64,000 bases of DNA from a bacterium (lineage in GTDB: Bacteria; SAR324; XYD2-FULL-50-16): contig JAVVEA010000004.1 in NCBI GenBank assembly GCA_032250835.1, positions 1 to 64,000 of the forward strand. The letters are read 5' to 3'. A program made the position numbers and the translations under genes. A model generated the notes under the pieces. The model was given only the letters and a program-made list of their open reading frames with translations. It was not told where the DNA came from and searched no databases. Of the stretch, positions 1-10,449 are shown in pieces. Position 1 is the stretch's first letter. Each line of letters starts with the position of its first letter.

Positions 1-327
1 AACGGAATTATCTTTTTTAAGAGTATGCAGCAACAAGCTAAGTGCAGAGGTTGCGTTGTCGCAAATCACAGGGGGCTCTTTTATATTAGTGCCGTAAACG
101 TCATTCAAGCAACCCACGATTTCTGTCCGCTCAGCCTTTATGGTCGAGTTATAGCGATATTCTGAAAGACTATTTTGGGGTTGGTTTGAAGACTCGAATA
201 AAAATCTCCAAGGCAATTCTACTTCTTCTGAGGTGTTGTTCCAATCTGAAATAAAAAAAGGTTCGCGATTCCCATCTAATGGACGATTGTGCGCTTGCTC
301 CATGTGCCAGTTAAAAGAGTAGGGCAT
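1..327 (-). CDS. Partial CDS running off the window edge; probable PLP-dependent aminotransferase class I/II-fold protein
   Basis: Hand translation from ATG at 327 is open to base 1: MPYSFNWHMEQ...FFISDWN...YRYN...VICDNATSALSLLLHTL. The ICDNATSAL segment resembles the xTxGATxAL motif of fold-type I PLP enzymes. AT-rich; not in the ORF track. Confidence 0.5.
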   Translation of the reverse strand, partial: MPYSFNWHMEQAHNRPLDGNREPFFISDWNNTSEEVELPWRFLFESSNQPQNSLSEYRYNSTIKAERTEIVGCLNDVYGTNIKEPPVICDNATSALSLLLHTLKKDNSV

Positions 328-475
328 AATAATTCCTAGTTATTTGATGTGAGAAACAGTTTTGCTGATAGGGTATCTTTGAATATCCCTATCGAACAGG
401 ACAAAAATAGGACACAGCATGTTTAATATCAGATGCTGCGGGATATGCCAAAGAGATAAATATTCCCCTCAGAAC

Positions 476-2251
476 CTACCTACAAACCCGCTCAATCTCC
501 ATCCCCCATTTGTCCATAACCCTAGCGTGAACCTCGGGGTCGGACTCTAGGACCTTGGGGTACCAAGGTTTCATGCGGGCGTCGATGACCAAGGGGCCCT
601 CGATGCCGACGTGGAAGCGCTCGACCAACTGTTTGCCGTAGAGGTCGGCGGCGGGTTCGAAGCGGGTGAAGCAGTGCCAGATGAAGTCCTCGTTGCTGGC
701 AGAGCCCTCGGCGGGGTCGTCCATCAAGACCACCATGGCGAAGGGGGCGATGGCCGGTTCTTGGGCCAGCTTTTCGGCCAGTTTCGGGTCCATCTCATAA
801 CCCACGCCGCCCACGCAGATCACGCCGGGGCAGAATAGGTGAACGGCCCCCAAATTGGGGTCCCGCAAGTCACCGCGCCAGGATTCGGCCAGTTCCCGTT
901 TTTTGTCCCCTAGGCCCATCAAGATCGCCTTGCTGCCTTCGTTGACCTTGGGGCCCGTGTAGTCTAGCGTGTCTTGTGAAATATTACTCAACACAAACAA
1001 ATCGCGGCGCAGGTCGGCGCGCTCCAAAACGCAGGTAAGTAGGGCGGCGAAGTCCTTGACGTTGACATCCTGGTCGGTGACCACCAAAAACTTGGTCAGC
1101 GAGAGTTGGCCTTCGCTCAAGATGCGTAGCGCCGCTGTGAAGGCTTCTTTGGGGTAGCGGTTCTTGACGATGGTCCCGGCCAAGCTATGTACGCCGGACT
1201 CCTCAAAGGCCCAAACTTTCTTTACCTGGTTCATGACCAGCGGGAACAGGGGCTCTAACAACTCCTGCAAAAACTCAGCAATCCAGTGGTCTTCCTGGGG
1301 CGGGCGGCCCACCACCGTGGCGGGCCAGATGGCGTCTTTGCGGTGGTTGAGGCCGGTGACCTGCAAAAAGGGGTAGTCATGTTGCAGGCTGTAATACCCA
1401 TAATGATCCCCAAAGGGGCCCTCGGGGCGGCGCTGGTGGGGAGGGATGCGCCCGGAGATCATGAAATCGGCCTCCAAGGCCATGCGGATGCCCAGGTCAT
1501 CCAGCTTACCCACCTCCAATCGGCGGCCCGCCAAGAGGCTAGCGAAAACCAATTCGGGGATGTCCTCGGGCAACGGAGCTACGGCGGCAATGGTCAGCGC
1601 TGGGGGACCACCCACAAAAATCCGGGCCGGTAAGGCTTGGCCCAGTTTTTCGGCCTCGTGGTAATGGTAGCCGCCGCCCCGGTGGATTTGGATGTGCATC
1701 CCCGTGGTATTTTGGTCAAAGAGCTGGATGCGGTACATCCCTAAGTTGCCTTTGCCGGTGCTGGGGCTTTCGGTATAGACTAGCGGCAGGGTCACAAAGG
1801 CCCCGCCGTCTTCAGGCCAGCTCTTAATCTGCGGCAACTGGCCCAAGTCCACCGGGCTGATCTTTCCGGCCATCACCGGCCCGTTGCTCCGGTTTTTCAG
1901 CCCGATTTTTAAGCCTTCCAAGGCCAATCCCCGCGCTTCCCAAAGCTTTTTTGGGCTCGGCGGCATCAGGTTTTGGGCGGTGTCGGCCAGTTCGCGGATC
2001 AGCTTAAAGGGGCGGTCGCCGAAGGCCAATTCCATCCTGCGGGTGGAGCCGTAGAGGTTAGTGGCCACCGGGAATTGGGTGCCTTTGACGTTGCTGAAGA
2101 GAATCGCCGGGCCGCGACGTTTGACCACTTCGCGCTGGACTTCGGCTAGTTCCAGATTGGGGTCGATGGCGTCGGTGAAGTGCCAGACTTCACCAGCCCG
2201 GTCTAGAAGTTCGACCAATTCACGGGTAGATGCGGGGCTAGGCTGGGCCAT
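476..2251 (-). CDS. UbiD family (prFMN-dependent) decarboxylase, menaquinone-biosynthesis type
   Basis: Motifs NLGMYRIQ, EGPFGDHYGYY and TLDYTG. Start placed at the ATG (MAQPSP) overlapping the lspA stop. Confidence 0.9.
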   Translation of the reverse strand: MAQPSPASTRELVELLDRAGEVWHFTDAIDPNLELAEVQREVVKRRGPAILFSNVKGTQFPVATNLYGSTRRMELAFGDRPFKLIRELADTAQNLMPPSPKKLWEARGLALEGLKIGLKNRSNGPVMAGKISPVDLGQLPQIKSWPEDGGAFVTLPLVYTESPSTGKGNLGMYRIQLFDQNTTGMHIQIHRGGGYHYHEAEKLGQALPARIFVGGPPALTIAAVAPLPEDIPELVFASLLAGRRLEVGKLDDLGIRMALEADFMISGRIPPHQRRPEGPFGDHYGYYSLQHDYPFLQVTGLNHRKDAIWPATVVGRPPQEDHWIAEFLQELLEPLFPLVMNQVKKVWAFEESGVHSLAGTIVKNRYPKEAFTAALRILSEGQLSLTKFLVVTDQDVNVKDFAALLTCVLERADLRRDLFVLSNISQDTLDYTGPKVNEGSKAILMGLGDKKRELAESWRGDLRDPNLGAVHLFCPGVICVGGVGYEMDPKLAEKLAQEPAIAPFAMVVLMDDPAEGSASNEDFIWHCFTRFEPAADLYGKQLVERFHVGIEGPLVIDARMKPWYPKVLESDPEVHARVMDKWGMEIERVCR

Positions 2252-2711
2252 GGGGTTTCTTGAAGCTTTGCCAAAGGACCAAAACAAATCCGATGCTGAT
2301 CAGGTCGTCGGCGAAGTTGTTAACAAAAAAGCCTGTTTGGTAGGCATGAAAGTACATATAGTCGGTCACCGATCCCCGAAAGGCGCGGTCGATCAGGTTG
2401 CCTAGCGCGCCCGATAAGATCATGGCGAAGCCGTAACGTTCCAGGGTGGGCACCCGCTCCCAACGCCGCCAAAGGTAGACCGAAAGGGCCACCACCACGA
2501 GCGCCGAGACACCCGCTAAGACCGGTTGGCGTAATGTTTCAGGCAGTTCCGACAACAAGCTGAAGCTGATGCCACGGTTTTCCTGATAGATCAACCCAAT
2601 AAAATGAGGGATCACCTCGACCACGTGGTCCGTCGGCAAGTACCGGCGGGCGGCCACCTTGATCAGCTGGTCGCTCAGGGTGAGCAATAAAATCAATGCT
2701 ACATAAGGCAT
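2238..2711 (-). CDS. lspA: Lipoprotein signal peptidase II
   Basis: Motifs DQLIK, NRGISFS, GALGNLIDR, SVTDY and NFADD. Confidence 0.95.
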   Translation of the reverse strand: MPYVALILLLTLSDQLIKVAARRYLPTDHVVEVIPHFIGLIYQENRGISFSLLSELPETLRQPVLAGVSALVVVALSVYLWRRWERVPTLERYGFAMILSGALGNLIDRAFRGSVTDYMYFHAYQTGFFVNNFADDLISIGFVLVLWQSFKKPHGPA

Positions 2712-2713
2712 GG

Positions 2714-4510
2714 CTAGCGTTCTGAAGGCAGTTGGAGGCTGCGGGCCCTGTCGAGTTGCCCGGCCTTGATGTAAAATTCCCAGAGCCTAAAAGCAAAGAT
2801 GTCGCTGTAACGGTGCTGGAAGCGCAACATTTCTTCTAACAGTGGGATCGCCGTCTTGTACCGGCCCAAAAAGCCCAGGGACGCGGTGTATAATTGAACC
2901 AAGTCGGGCTGGCGGGGCCAAGTCTTTAGCCCCTGGGCCAGCAGGTCCGCCGCAGAATCAATCTGGCCTTGGTCTAGACGGGCACGGGCCAGCAACAGAT
3001 GCGCCCGACCTTCACCGCGGTGTTGGTGCAACATGGGCCCTAAAAGACGCTCCAATTCCGCGGTCTTCTGGGCGCGCAAGAGGCCCTTGGCCAGCACCAG
3101 CTTGCTCTCGAAGTCTTTGGGGTGGCGGGTGAGCAGTTCGCGGGCACGGGCAATGCCAGTGTCGAAAAGACCCCGCGCAATTTCCAGACGGGCCATGGCC
3201 AATTCAGAGCGGGCGTCGCTGCCTTGTTTTCGGGCCAGCCGGATTAGTGATTCGGCTTCCGCATAGTCACCCCGCATTTGGGCCAGATAGGCTTTGAGCA
3301 ACATCATCCGGCGGCTTTCTTGGTCACTGTCCGTCTGGGCAATTTGGGCCTGGGCCTCTTGCCACAGCCCGCGTCGAATGAGGCTTTCTAATAAGGCCAA
3401 GCGCACTTCTAAGCTACCCGGAGCCAGGGTGCGCGCCTTTTGTAAGGCCATCTGTTCGCCCGCATAGTCGGCCTGTTCCACATAAGCCTTGGCCAAAAGA
3501 ACATAAGCATCCGCCGATTTGGGTTCGATCTTTAAGACCTGCTGCAAGGCCCGTTCGGCGCGGTCCACTTGGCCCATCTCAAGCATTAATTCGCCTTCCA
3601 ACAGCCGCATGGAAACGTTTTGCGGGTTGTTGGCCAGTTCGTCTTGCAACCGGGTCAATATTTCCCCCGGTTCGACGCGGCCCCTTTGTATGCGTAGCAT
3701 CAGTGCGCGGGCCTCTGGGCCCGGTGATTTTTGGGAGGCCAGCAATTCTAGGGCTTCTGTTTCCTCACCTTGGGCGGCGTAGATCGAGGCCAACTCGGCA
3801 ATGATTCGGTCTTTTTCACCAAAGCGTTTGAGCCAGTCTTCTAGGATCAAGCGGGCTTTAAATCCAGCCCCCTGGTCGCGGTAAAGCCGGGCCAACAGCA
3901 AGCTGCCCTCGACGCTGGCCGGTTTGATTTTTAGGGCCTGTTCCAACTGACCGATCATCTCGGCGCGGCGGGTTTGTTGGGCTTCTAGGGATTGTTGGAC
4001 GTCGCCGTTGTTGACCGAGATCCGGACCCAGGCCAGCCGGGCGTCAAAGTAGAGCGGCTCGATCTCTAGGGCTAGGTTTAGTTGGTTGAGTGCTTCTTCG
4101 ACCCGGCCTGTTTCTTCGAGGCTTTTGGCGAGATAAAAATAACCTTCTAAGAGCCGGTCATCAAGCTTCAAGGCTGAAGAGATCAGGTTGACCGCCTGGA
4201 AATGGTCGCCTAGTTCTTGGTAGAGCCTCCCTAAAAGCAGGCGGAAACGGGGCGACAAGGGGGCGAGCGCCACGGCTCGTTCGACTTCGGGCAGAGCTTC
4301 TTTGGTTTTGCCCATGTTGTGCAGCACCCAGCCCAACTGGTAATGAACTATCGGGTCTTGGGGGTCATGGGTGGCTTGGCGCTCTAAGTCTAGGCGGTAT
4401 TCCTCGACATTCCCGCCGTGCTGTGCCAATTCGGTAGCCGGGTCGGGCACCGAAAAACTGCAAGCCACCAAAGGCAATAAACATAAGATCAGGACAAATC
4501 GGCTCTTCAT
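2714..4510 (-). CDS. Tetratricopeptide-repeat lipoprotein
   Basis: Signal peptide with lipobox (MKSRFVLILCLLPLVAC) from ATG 4510, followed by many TPR-like helical repeats. Confidence 0.8.
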   Translation of the reverse strand: MKSRFVLILCLLPLVACSFSVPDPATELAQHGGNVEEYRLDLERQATHDPQDPIVHYQLGWVLHNMGKTKEALPEVERAVALAPLSPRFRLLLGRLYQELGDHFQAVNLISSALKLDDRLLEGYFYLAKSLEETGRVEEALNQLNLALEIEPLYFDARLAWVRISVNNGDVQQSLEAQQTRRAEMIGQLEQALKIKPASVEGSLLLARLYRDQGAGFKARLILEDWLKRFGEKDRIIAELASIYAAQGEETEALELLASQKSPGPEARALMLRIQRGRVEPGEILTRLQDELANNPQNVSMRLLEGELMLEMGQVDRAERALQQVLKIEPKSADAYVLLAKAYVEQADYAGEQMALQKARTLAPGSLEVRLALLESLIRRGLWQEAQAQIAQTDSDQESRRMMLLKAYLAQMRGDYAEAESLIRLARKQGSDARSELAMARLEIARGLFDTGIARARELLTRHPKDFESKLVLAKGLLRAQKTAELERLLGPMLHQHRGEGRAHLLLARARLDQGQIDSAADLLAQGLKTWPRQPDLVQLYTASLGFLGRYKTAIPLLEEMLRFQHRYSDIFAFRLWEFYIKAGQLDRARSLQLPSER

Positions 4511-4556
4511 CTTCCTCCAAATGGAAGGCTCAGCGTAGCCCCGGTGGGTGATTTTC

Positions 4557-5354
4557 TCAAGGGTTGATCTCCACGGCGCTCGAGAGGTTGCCAAAACGGT
4601 CTACCTGCCGGGCTAGGAGCTGCTCTTTGGGCAACTCCAAGTAGGCGGCACCGGTCAGCAAAATTTCTTTTTGGGCCGGTAGCTCTCTGCCCTCTTCGAG
4701 CCGAAAGAGCGCCAGTCCATAATGTTCTTCGGTGTGGTACAGGCCCCCTTCGGGGTCTAAATGATCCAAGCGGCGGGCCAGATCGGGCCGCCAGCGCAAA
4801 TGCAGCAAGCCCATCTTTGGACAATCCTCCCCGCAGGCGGCCGCTTCCCAACGAGCCTCAAGGATGTTGGGCGGGGGTAACGGACCGGGGCGGAACAGCG
4901 GCTTGAGCGGGCTGGCCTCTGAAACTCGGCCCTCTGGTGTGCGGTAATCCAAATTGAGGTGCAGCAGTGCTGCCTGGGGTAGTGCCTGCAAAGGCAGCAG
5001 GAGGCTGTAATTACCTTTTGGGTCGATTTGGGCCTTTAAGTCCGAGGGTTCGCCTTGGAGTAAAACCTTCCCGTCGGGAAAGATCGAAATTTTTCCTTCC
5101 ATCTCGGGGCGGCAAGCGGTACAGCCCGGTTCCGCTTGGAGAAAATGGATGCGGTAAACTTCGACCGGAAAAGCCTCCTCGCTGTCCGCGGGCATCGGTC
5201 GGGCCCAATCGAGCTTGAGTTGCCCACCTACAAACCGCACCTGGATCTCTTGGAGCGCAGGTAACCCGCCGATATCCCCATAGGGCACCGGCGGGGTCTT
5301 TTTGCCGCAGCCCCAGACCAAGAGCAGGGAAAATAGGATCAGTAGCCAACGCAT
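4557..5354 (-). CDS. Lipoprotein with GCGKKxPP N-terminus and beta-sandwich (FN3-like) domains
   Basis: Lipobox LVWGC followed by GKKTPPVP; C-terminal VDRFGNLS resembles an FN3 terminal strand. Confidence 0.7.
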   Translation of the reverse strand: MRWLLILFSLLLVWGCGKKTPPVPYGDIGGLPALQEIQVRFVGGQLKLDWARPMPADSEEAFPVEVYRIHFLQAEPGCTACRPEMEGKISIFPDGKVLLQGEPSDLKAQIDPKGNYSLLLPLQALPQAALLHLNLDYRTPEGRVSEASPLKPLFRPGPLPPPNILEARWEAAACGEDCPKMGLLHLRWRPDLARRLDHLDPEGGLYHTEEHYGLALFRLEEGRELPAQKEILLTGAAYLELPKEQLLARQVDRFGNLSSAVEINP

Positions 5355-5356
5355 TA

Positions 5357-6016
5357 TTAGTACCTCACCATATAATTTACGCCCAAACGGGCCGAAAGCT
5401 CGGCCAGCCCGGCGGAGGCCGAAAGCCCGTAGGAGAAGAAAAAATTTCGGTCTAGATGAAACCGCAATCGGCTTTGCACCAATGCCCCGGTCTCTTTGCC
5501 GATTTCGCCGCGGGTCTCTTGGCTGCTCAGGCTGCCGTCAGTGGTCACAACGTTTTGGTAGGCCGTCATCTGGTAGCTTCCTGAAAAAAGACCCAGGCCT
5601 AAGTCCAGATAGAGCCGGTGGGCGGCCAAAGAGAAACTGCGGCCCGCACTGATTTGGTCCAGGCGGTAGCTCACGGCTTCCCAGCTTTGTCCGTCCAGCG
5701 GGACGGAACGATTCAGCCGGAAGGCACGGTCTACAAAGTGGTAATCGAAATAATATTCCCGCAAGAAACAGCCAAAACCCAAGTATCCCGCTTGGGAGAA
5801 CTTTAGGCCCGTCCATCCGGCCGCTTGGTCCCGGTTGCGGCGCGACTGGTCATGCAGGTTTAAGACATCCGAGGCGACACCAAAACCAATATGACAAGCC
5901 CAGACCTGCTCGACCAACCGAATATCCTCACCGGCCGGACGCGCCACCGGCCTAAGCGGTTCCGCCCACAGCACCCCGCTCCACAACAACCCAAAAAGCA
6001 GCAGCCAAGTTTTCAT
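5357..6016 (-). CDS. Secreted/outer-membrane beta-barrel-like protein
   Basis: Start MKTWLLLF at an ATG overlapping the lptD TGA (ATGA); signal peptide; amphipathic beta strands; ends in aromatic Y. Confidence 0.6.
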   Translation of the reverse strand: MKTWLLLFGLLWSGVLWAEPLRPVARPAGEDIRLVEQVWACHIGFGVASDVLNLHDQSRRNRDQAAGWTGLKFSQAGYLGFGCFLREYYFDYHFVDRAFRLNRSVPLDGQSWEAVSYRLDQISAGRSFSLAAHRLYLDLGLGLFSGSYQMTAYQNVVTTDGSLSSQETRGEIGKETGALVQSRLRFHLDRNFFFSYGLSASAGLAELSARLGVNYMVRY

Positions 6017-8409
6017 TGGAAGTCCACGAATCGTTGGTAGGGGTTGTTTGATGAAGGCCATTTGGCCAACTCCATGCTGAAGGTAAGCCGCCGGTCGATC
6101 TGCTCGAAGTTTCGGCTGCCTTGCTGCACCGCCACCAATTGTTCCCTGTAACCCATGCGGTAGTCGAAGCATTGGTGGCCCAACAGTAATTCGGCACTGA
6201 AGCTGGTCAATTGCTGTTCGAGTCGGTCCCAGTTGGGGTCGCCATAGAGAAAACTGGGGTCCGAACGGCTGAGGTCCCAAACACCCGCAAAATGCAGCGA
6301 ACGGCGGTCACCTAAGATCATGGTCTGGTCCAAACTATAGGATTTGGTTTGGGCGTGGTGGGTGCCGTCTAGTTCCATATAGGCGATGTTGTTGTCGCTG
6401 TAGCCCAGATAGAGTTGGTTGGCTCCGGCCTGCCCGGCGCTTAAACCCACCCGGTTTTCGATCATCCGACCCAATTCATGGTCAAACCGGTAAAACAGGT
6501 CCACCCCATAACCCGGAACGGGCGATAGGCTGAGGTTGATCCGCAGGGGCATCCTCTGGTTGCCCAGGCTGGTCTCTTGCAGTGATTCGGGCACCTGAGG
6601 CCCCACAAAGTCACGGTATATTTCCGCTTGGCTGTCTTTGCGCAGTAGATTGTAAGGTTGGGCCAGCGAAGCAAACAGAAAACGGTGCACCGCTTTGGTT
6701 TGCGGGTCTTTGGTTAGGTACAGGCTGTCTAATTGGTAGGTCATCACTTGGCGGCCATAGGCCGGTTGGGTGAACATATTGCCCCAGCGCCCGTAGTCAT
6801 CTACCGGGCCATTGGTGTCGCTGGGTTGAGTGAGCTGGTAGTCGCCGGGTGAACGGGCCAGCCCTAAGCGCTGGTCCACGTCGGCCACCTCTTCGTAAAC
6901 CACCCGGGGCGTAAAGCTCAGCCTTGAGACCCCGAAGCCCGCATTGTTGCGGTTCACCTTAAAGACCTCTAAATTTACTTCCAGGCGTTTTGAATCGATC
7001 CCCCAACCATAAGGGGTCGGTTCGGTTTCAAAACCCGCCGCAGCGCCTTCGGCAGGGGCTAAGGCGTAGGTTGGAGCTAATTGGTATTGGTCGCGCCTAA
7101 CCGAGGGGACGAAATTTAAAAAATCTAGATTGAAGGGGTATTCTACTTCTAGGTAGCCGCTCTGGAAATCTCCGTTCCAGCCGTAGGTCCGTGAATATTG
7201 CGTCACCCCTGCACCACCACCCATCGAGAGGCCCGTATCCGCGATGTTTTGTTCCCGGTGGTCGACCCGCAGGGCATAGTCACGGTTTAGGTAGGTATCG
7301 GCGTCGGTGGCGGGATCGAAGGTCGAGGGGTAGAGAAAATTAGCCCCTTCGTCTCGTTCCAAAGAAAGACCCCCGCCGGACCAAGGATAGGTCCAAGACA
7401 GGGCACGGCGGTAGGCCAACTGGGTGCCGATTTCGACGTCGTTGTATTCCTTGTCCACTTCGTTGTCGCTTCGGGCTTCCTCGTGGACCATCAACTGACC
7501 GTCAAAGGCCTGCTGGCGGTGGTCGATCCGGTGCCAGTAGCGGGTCGGTTGGCGGTCCACTTGGTCCGCACTGAGGCTGCCTAGGTTTTCGACCGCTAGG
7601 TTGCGGTCTTGTACCGATTCGTCGATCCCCCAAAAGAGTGCTTCCCCATACATGCCCGGAAGGAAGGCCCAGCGATATTCCAGCCCTAAACCCAAGCCGC
7701 GTCCGCTAATGATGTCCGGGGTCACGGTAAGGTCTTGGTCGCGGTCAATGGCCCAAAAGTAGGGGAGCTTGAGGCGGCTGCCGTAGTTGTGCGAGTAGAT
7801 GACGTCCCCGTTTTTACTCAAAAACTCAGGTGCCAATAAGCCCGAGGACCGCCCCCGGCGGGTTGGCCAAGCGACAATGGGGGTATAAAAGATCGGCAGT
7901 TGGTTGAATTCTAGCCAGGTATTGACACTGTAGGCAAAGTCGTCGATCTGGTAATTGATGAACGCGCTTTTAAATTGCCAGGCTGGGGCTTCGGGTTCGC
8001 AGAGCGTCAGTACTGCGTCTTCGATTTCAAAGTGTTGGGGCCCCAGTTGGGTGACCTTTTGGGCGCTGATGTAGGTCAGGTTTACATAGTCGTAAAGCGA
8101 AACCTCTTGCACCTCCAAACGACGGGTTTTGAGGTTGTAACTACCCCGTTGGGCGGTGATCAAGTAATCCTGGGCGCGGATCACAATGTTGCCCGCAAAC
8201 TCCATCCGGTTTTCGTCTTTGAAGTAGGTCAGTTGTTGACCCATCAACTCGGCGCCGGGCAGCGAAGCACGCGGGTTTTTGTAGTGCAGGATTTGTTTGG
8301 CTCGGTCGAAGTCGTAGAGTTCACCTTCTAAGGTGATTTTTTCCCCCTGGGCCCAAATTTTTGGGGCCAGGAGGAGGCAGAGCACCAGAATCCAGCTGAA
8401 TCGAGTCAT
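6013..8409 (-). CDS. lptD: LPS-assembly protein LptD
   Basis: Signal peptide, OstA-like N-terminus, TLC...W, RSSGLLAP, LPYFWAI..DQDLTVTP and GLEYRW; large beta-barrel with C-terminal QCF. Confidence 0.85.
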   Translation of the reverse strand: MTRFSWILVLCLLLAPKIWAQGEKITLEGELYDFDRAKQILHYKNPRASLPGAELMGQQLTYFKDENRMEFAGNIVIRAQDYLITAQRGSYNLKTRRLEVQEVSLYDYVNLTYISAQKVTQLGPQHFEIEDAVLTLCEPEAPAWQFKSAFINYQIDDFAYSVNTWLEFNQLPIFYTPIVAWPTRRGRSSGLLAPEFLSKNGDVIYSHNYGSRLKLPYFWAIDRDQDLTVTPDIISGRGLGLGLEYRWAFLPGMYGEALFWGIDESVQDRNLAVENLGSLSADQVDRQPTRYWHRIDHRQQAFDGQLMVHEEARSDNEVDKEYNDVEIGTQLAYRRALSWTYPWSGGGLSLERDEGANFLYPSTFDPATDADTYLNRDYALRVDHREQNIADTGLSMGGGAGVTQYSRTYGWNGDFQSGYLEVEYPFNLDFLNFVPSVRRDQYQLAPTYALAPAEGAAAGFETEPTPYGWGIDSKRLEVNLEVFKVNRNNAGFGVSRLSFTPRVVYEEVADVDQRLGLARSPGDYQLTQPSDTNGPVDDYGRWGNMFTQPAYGRQVMTYQLDSLYLTKDPQTKAVHRFLFASLAQPYNLLRKDSQAEIYRDFVGPQVPESLQETSLGNQRMPLRINLSLSPVPGYGVDLFYRFDHELGRMIENRVGLSAGQAGANQLYLGYSDNNIAYMELDGTHHAQTKSYSLDQTMILGDRRSLHFAGVWDLSRSDPSFLYGDPNWDRLEQQLTSFSAELLLGHQCFDYRMGYREQLVAVQQGSRNFEQIDRRLTFSMELAKWPSSNNPYQRFVDFQ

Positions 8410-8429
8410 TGGGTTCCTGGCGCAGAGCG

Positions 8430-10307
8430 CTAGGCCAGCGACTTAAGGTGCAGTTCCGCAGCCATAGCCATCAGACGATTTGCCCGGGGGACCATCTCGG
8501 TGGGGTTTTCCAGGTTTCCTTCGAGCAGTGCGGCCCCTTCATAGAGCTGAACAATCACATCATCGATCAAAGAATCAGCGGCGTCTTTTTCTAAGATTTG
8601 GGCCAGATTCTGGATCAAGCGGTGCGACAGGTTGATTTCCATCACCCGCTTAGAGCCTTGGAAATTCTGATCCATCATCTTCATCATCCGCTCCATATTG
8701 GCACCCATTGAGTCCTTCGGGGCCACCAGGGTCGCTGCACTGTCCACTAAACGCTGCGAGGGAATCACCTCACCGACGCGCTCGCCCAAGGTGGTTTTGA
8801 AACGCTCTAAGATCTGCTCTTTGGCCGAATCTTGTAGCGATTCCTTTTCTTCTTCGGGCTGGTTGTCTTCTAATTTTAGGTCTGCTTTGTCGATGGTGAC
8901 CAGCGACTTTTCTTTGTACTGGCCTACGCCGCTCAAGACAAATTCGTCGATTTCTTCGATCAGGTAAAGCACCTCAATTTCGTTCTTTTTGAAGTACTCG
9001 ATGTTCGGAGAGTTTTCGATGGCCTGGCGGTTCTTACCGAAGACATAATAAATCTCTTCTTGCTCGGGCTTCATGCGCTCCACATAACCTGCCAAACTGG
9101 TCAGTCGGTCCGGGTGGGCGCTGCTCTGGCAGCGGTAAAGCTCGAGTAGCTTGTCGCGGTTGCCGTAGTCCGTGTGGATGCCTTCTTTGACGTAATTACC
9201 GAAGCTCTTCCAGAAGCTCAGGTATTTTTCTTCGTCCTTTTTGGCCCAGTCGGCCAGTAGGCCCATCACCTTTTTGGTCAGGTATTGGTTGATTTTGGCC
9301 ATCACCGGGCTGTGCTGGGTCACTTCGCGGCTGACGTTTAAGGTCAGGTCCTCAGAGTCCACCACGCCGACCACAAAGCGCATCCAAGCGGGCAGCAGTT
9401 CCTTGCAGTCGCTTTGGATGAAGACGCGTTTTACATATAAATTGATCTTGCTGTCGCGCTCTTCGGGGTTAAAGAGGTGCGGGGCCGATTCTTGGGGCAG
9501 GTAAAGCAGCGCTTTAAACTGCACCGGAGCCTCGGCGTCCAGATGCAAATGGGCCAGCGGCTCGCCGGTGCCGTGGCTGAGGTAGTTGAAGAATTCGGTA
9601 TATTCCTCGTCGCTCACTTCGCTTTTGGGGCGCGCCCAGAGGGCCTTGGACTGGTTGGCTGCTTCGCCGTTGAGCTCAATGGGGAAGCTGACGAAGTCCG
9701 AATATTTTTTGATGATGCTCTCGACCCGGTACTTAGATCCGAATTCGGCGGCGTCTTCTTTGAGGGTGAAGCTGATCTTGGTGCCTCGGGGTAGGTCGTC
9801 TACCGCTTCGACGCTATAGGTGCCGGTGCCTTCTGAAACCCAGCGGTGCCCCTGGGGGTCGGCGTAGCTGCGGGATTCGACGCTCACTTCGTCGGCGACC
9901 ATAAAGACGGCATAAAAACCCACGCCAAAGCGGCCAATCAATTCCACATCTTTCTTGGCGTCGCCGGTCAGTTGGCTGACAAACCCGGCGGTGCCGCTCT
10001 TGGCGATGGTGCCGAGGTTGGCCATCAGCTCTTCTTTACTCATGCCCACGCCGTTGTCGCTGATGCTCAAGGTCTTGTTTTCTTCGTCTAGGTCGATCTT
10101 GATCTTCAATTCGCCATCGTCGCCCAAGATGTTCGGGTCGGTGAGGCTGTTGAAGTGGAGTTTGCTCAGGGCGTCCGAAGAGTTACTGATCAGTTCGCGC
10201 AAGAATATTTCGCGGTGCGAATAGAGCGAATGGGTGATCAGGTGTAGCAGTTGGGACATTTCAGCCTGGAACTGGAATTCCTCGGCTTGGTGGTTCTTTT
10301 GGTTCAT
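8430..10307 (-). CDS. htpG: Molecular chaperone HtpG (Hsp90)
   Basis: FQAE, SLYSHREIFLRELISN, LGTIAKSGT, IGRFGVGFY and GVVDSEDL. Confidence 0.97.
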   Translation of the reverse strand: MNQKNHQAEEFQFQAEMSQLLHLITHSLYSHREIFLRELISNSSDALSKLHFNSLTDPNILGDDGELKIKIDLDEENKTLSISDNGVGMSKEELMANLGTIAKSGTAGFVSQLTGDAKKDVELIGRFGVGFYAVFMVADEVSVESRSYADPQGHRWVSEGTGTYSVEAVDDLPRGTKISFTLKEDAAEFGSKYRVESIIKKYSDFVSFPIELNGEAANQSKALWARPKSEVSDEEYTEFFNYLSHGTGEPLAHLHLDAEAPVQFKALLYLPQESAPHLFNPEERDSKINLYVKRVFIQSDCKELLPAWMRFVVGVVDSEDLTLNVSREVTQHSPVMAKINQYLTKKVMGLLADWAKKDEEKYLSFWKSFGNYVKEGIHTDYGNRDKLLELYRCQSSAHPDRLTSLAGYVERMKPEQEEIYYVFGKNRQAIENSPNIEYFKKNEIEVLYLIEEIDEFVLSGVGQYKEKSLVTIDKADLKLEDNQPEEEKESLQDSAKEQILERFKTTLGERVGEVIPSQRLVDSAATLVAPKDSMGANMERMMKMMDQNFQGSKRVMEINLSHRLIQNLAQILEKDAADSLIDDVIVQLYEGAALLEGNLENPTEMVPRANRLMAMAAELHLKSLA

Positions 10308-10449
10308 GGTCTACAAGTGGCGCTAAATTATGGTTGAACAAAAAGGTTGGAGTTCCCTGAGGGGGCCTGTTTCCCCTTGGCCCCTACGACCAACAAGCAT
10401 ATTTGTTTTTTTTTGATTCGTCAAAGACGCAAGGGGCTAGGCAGCGTCC

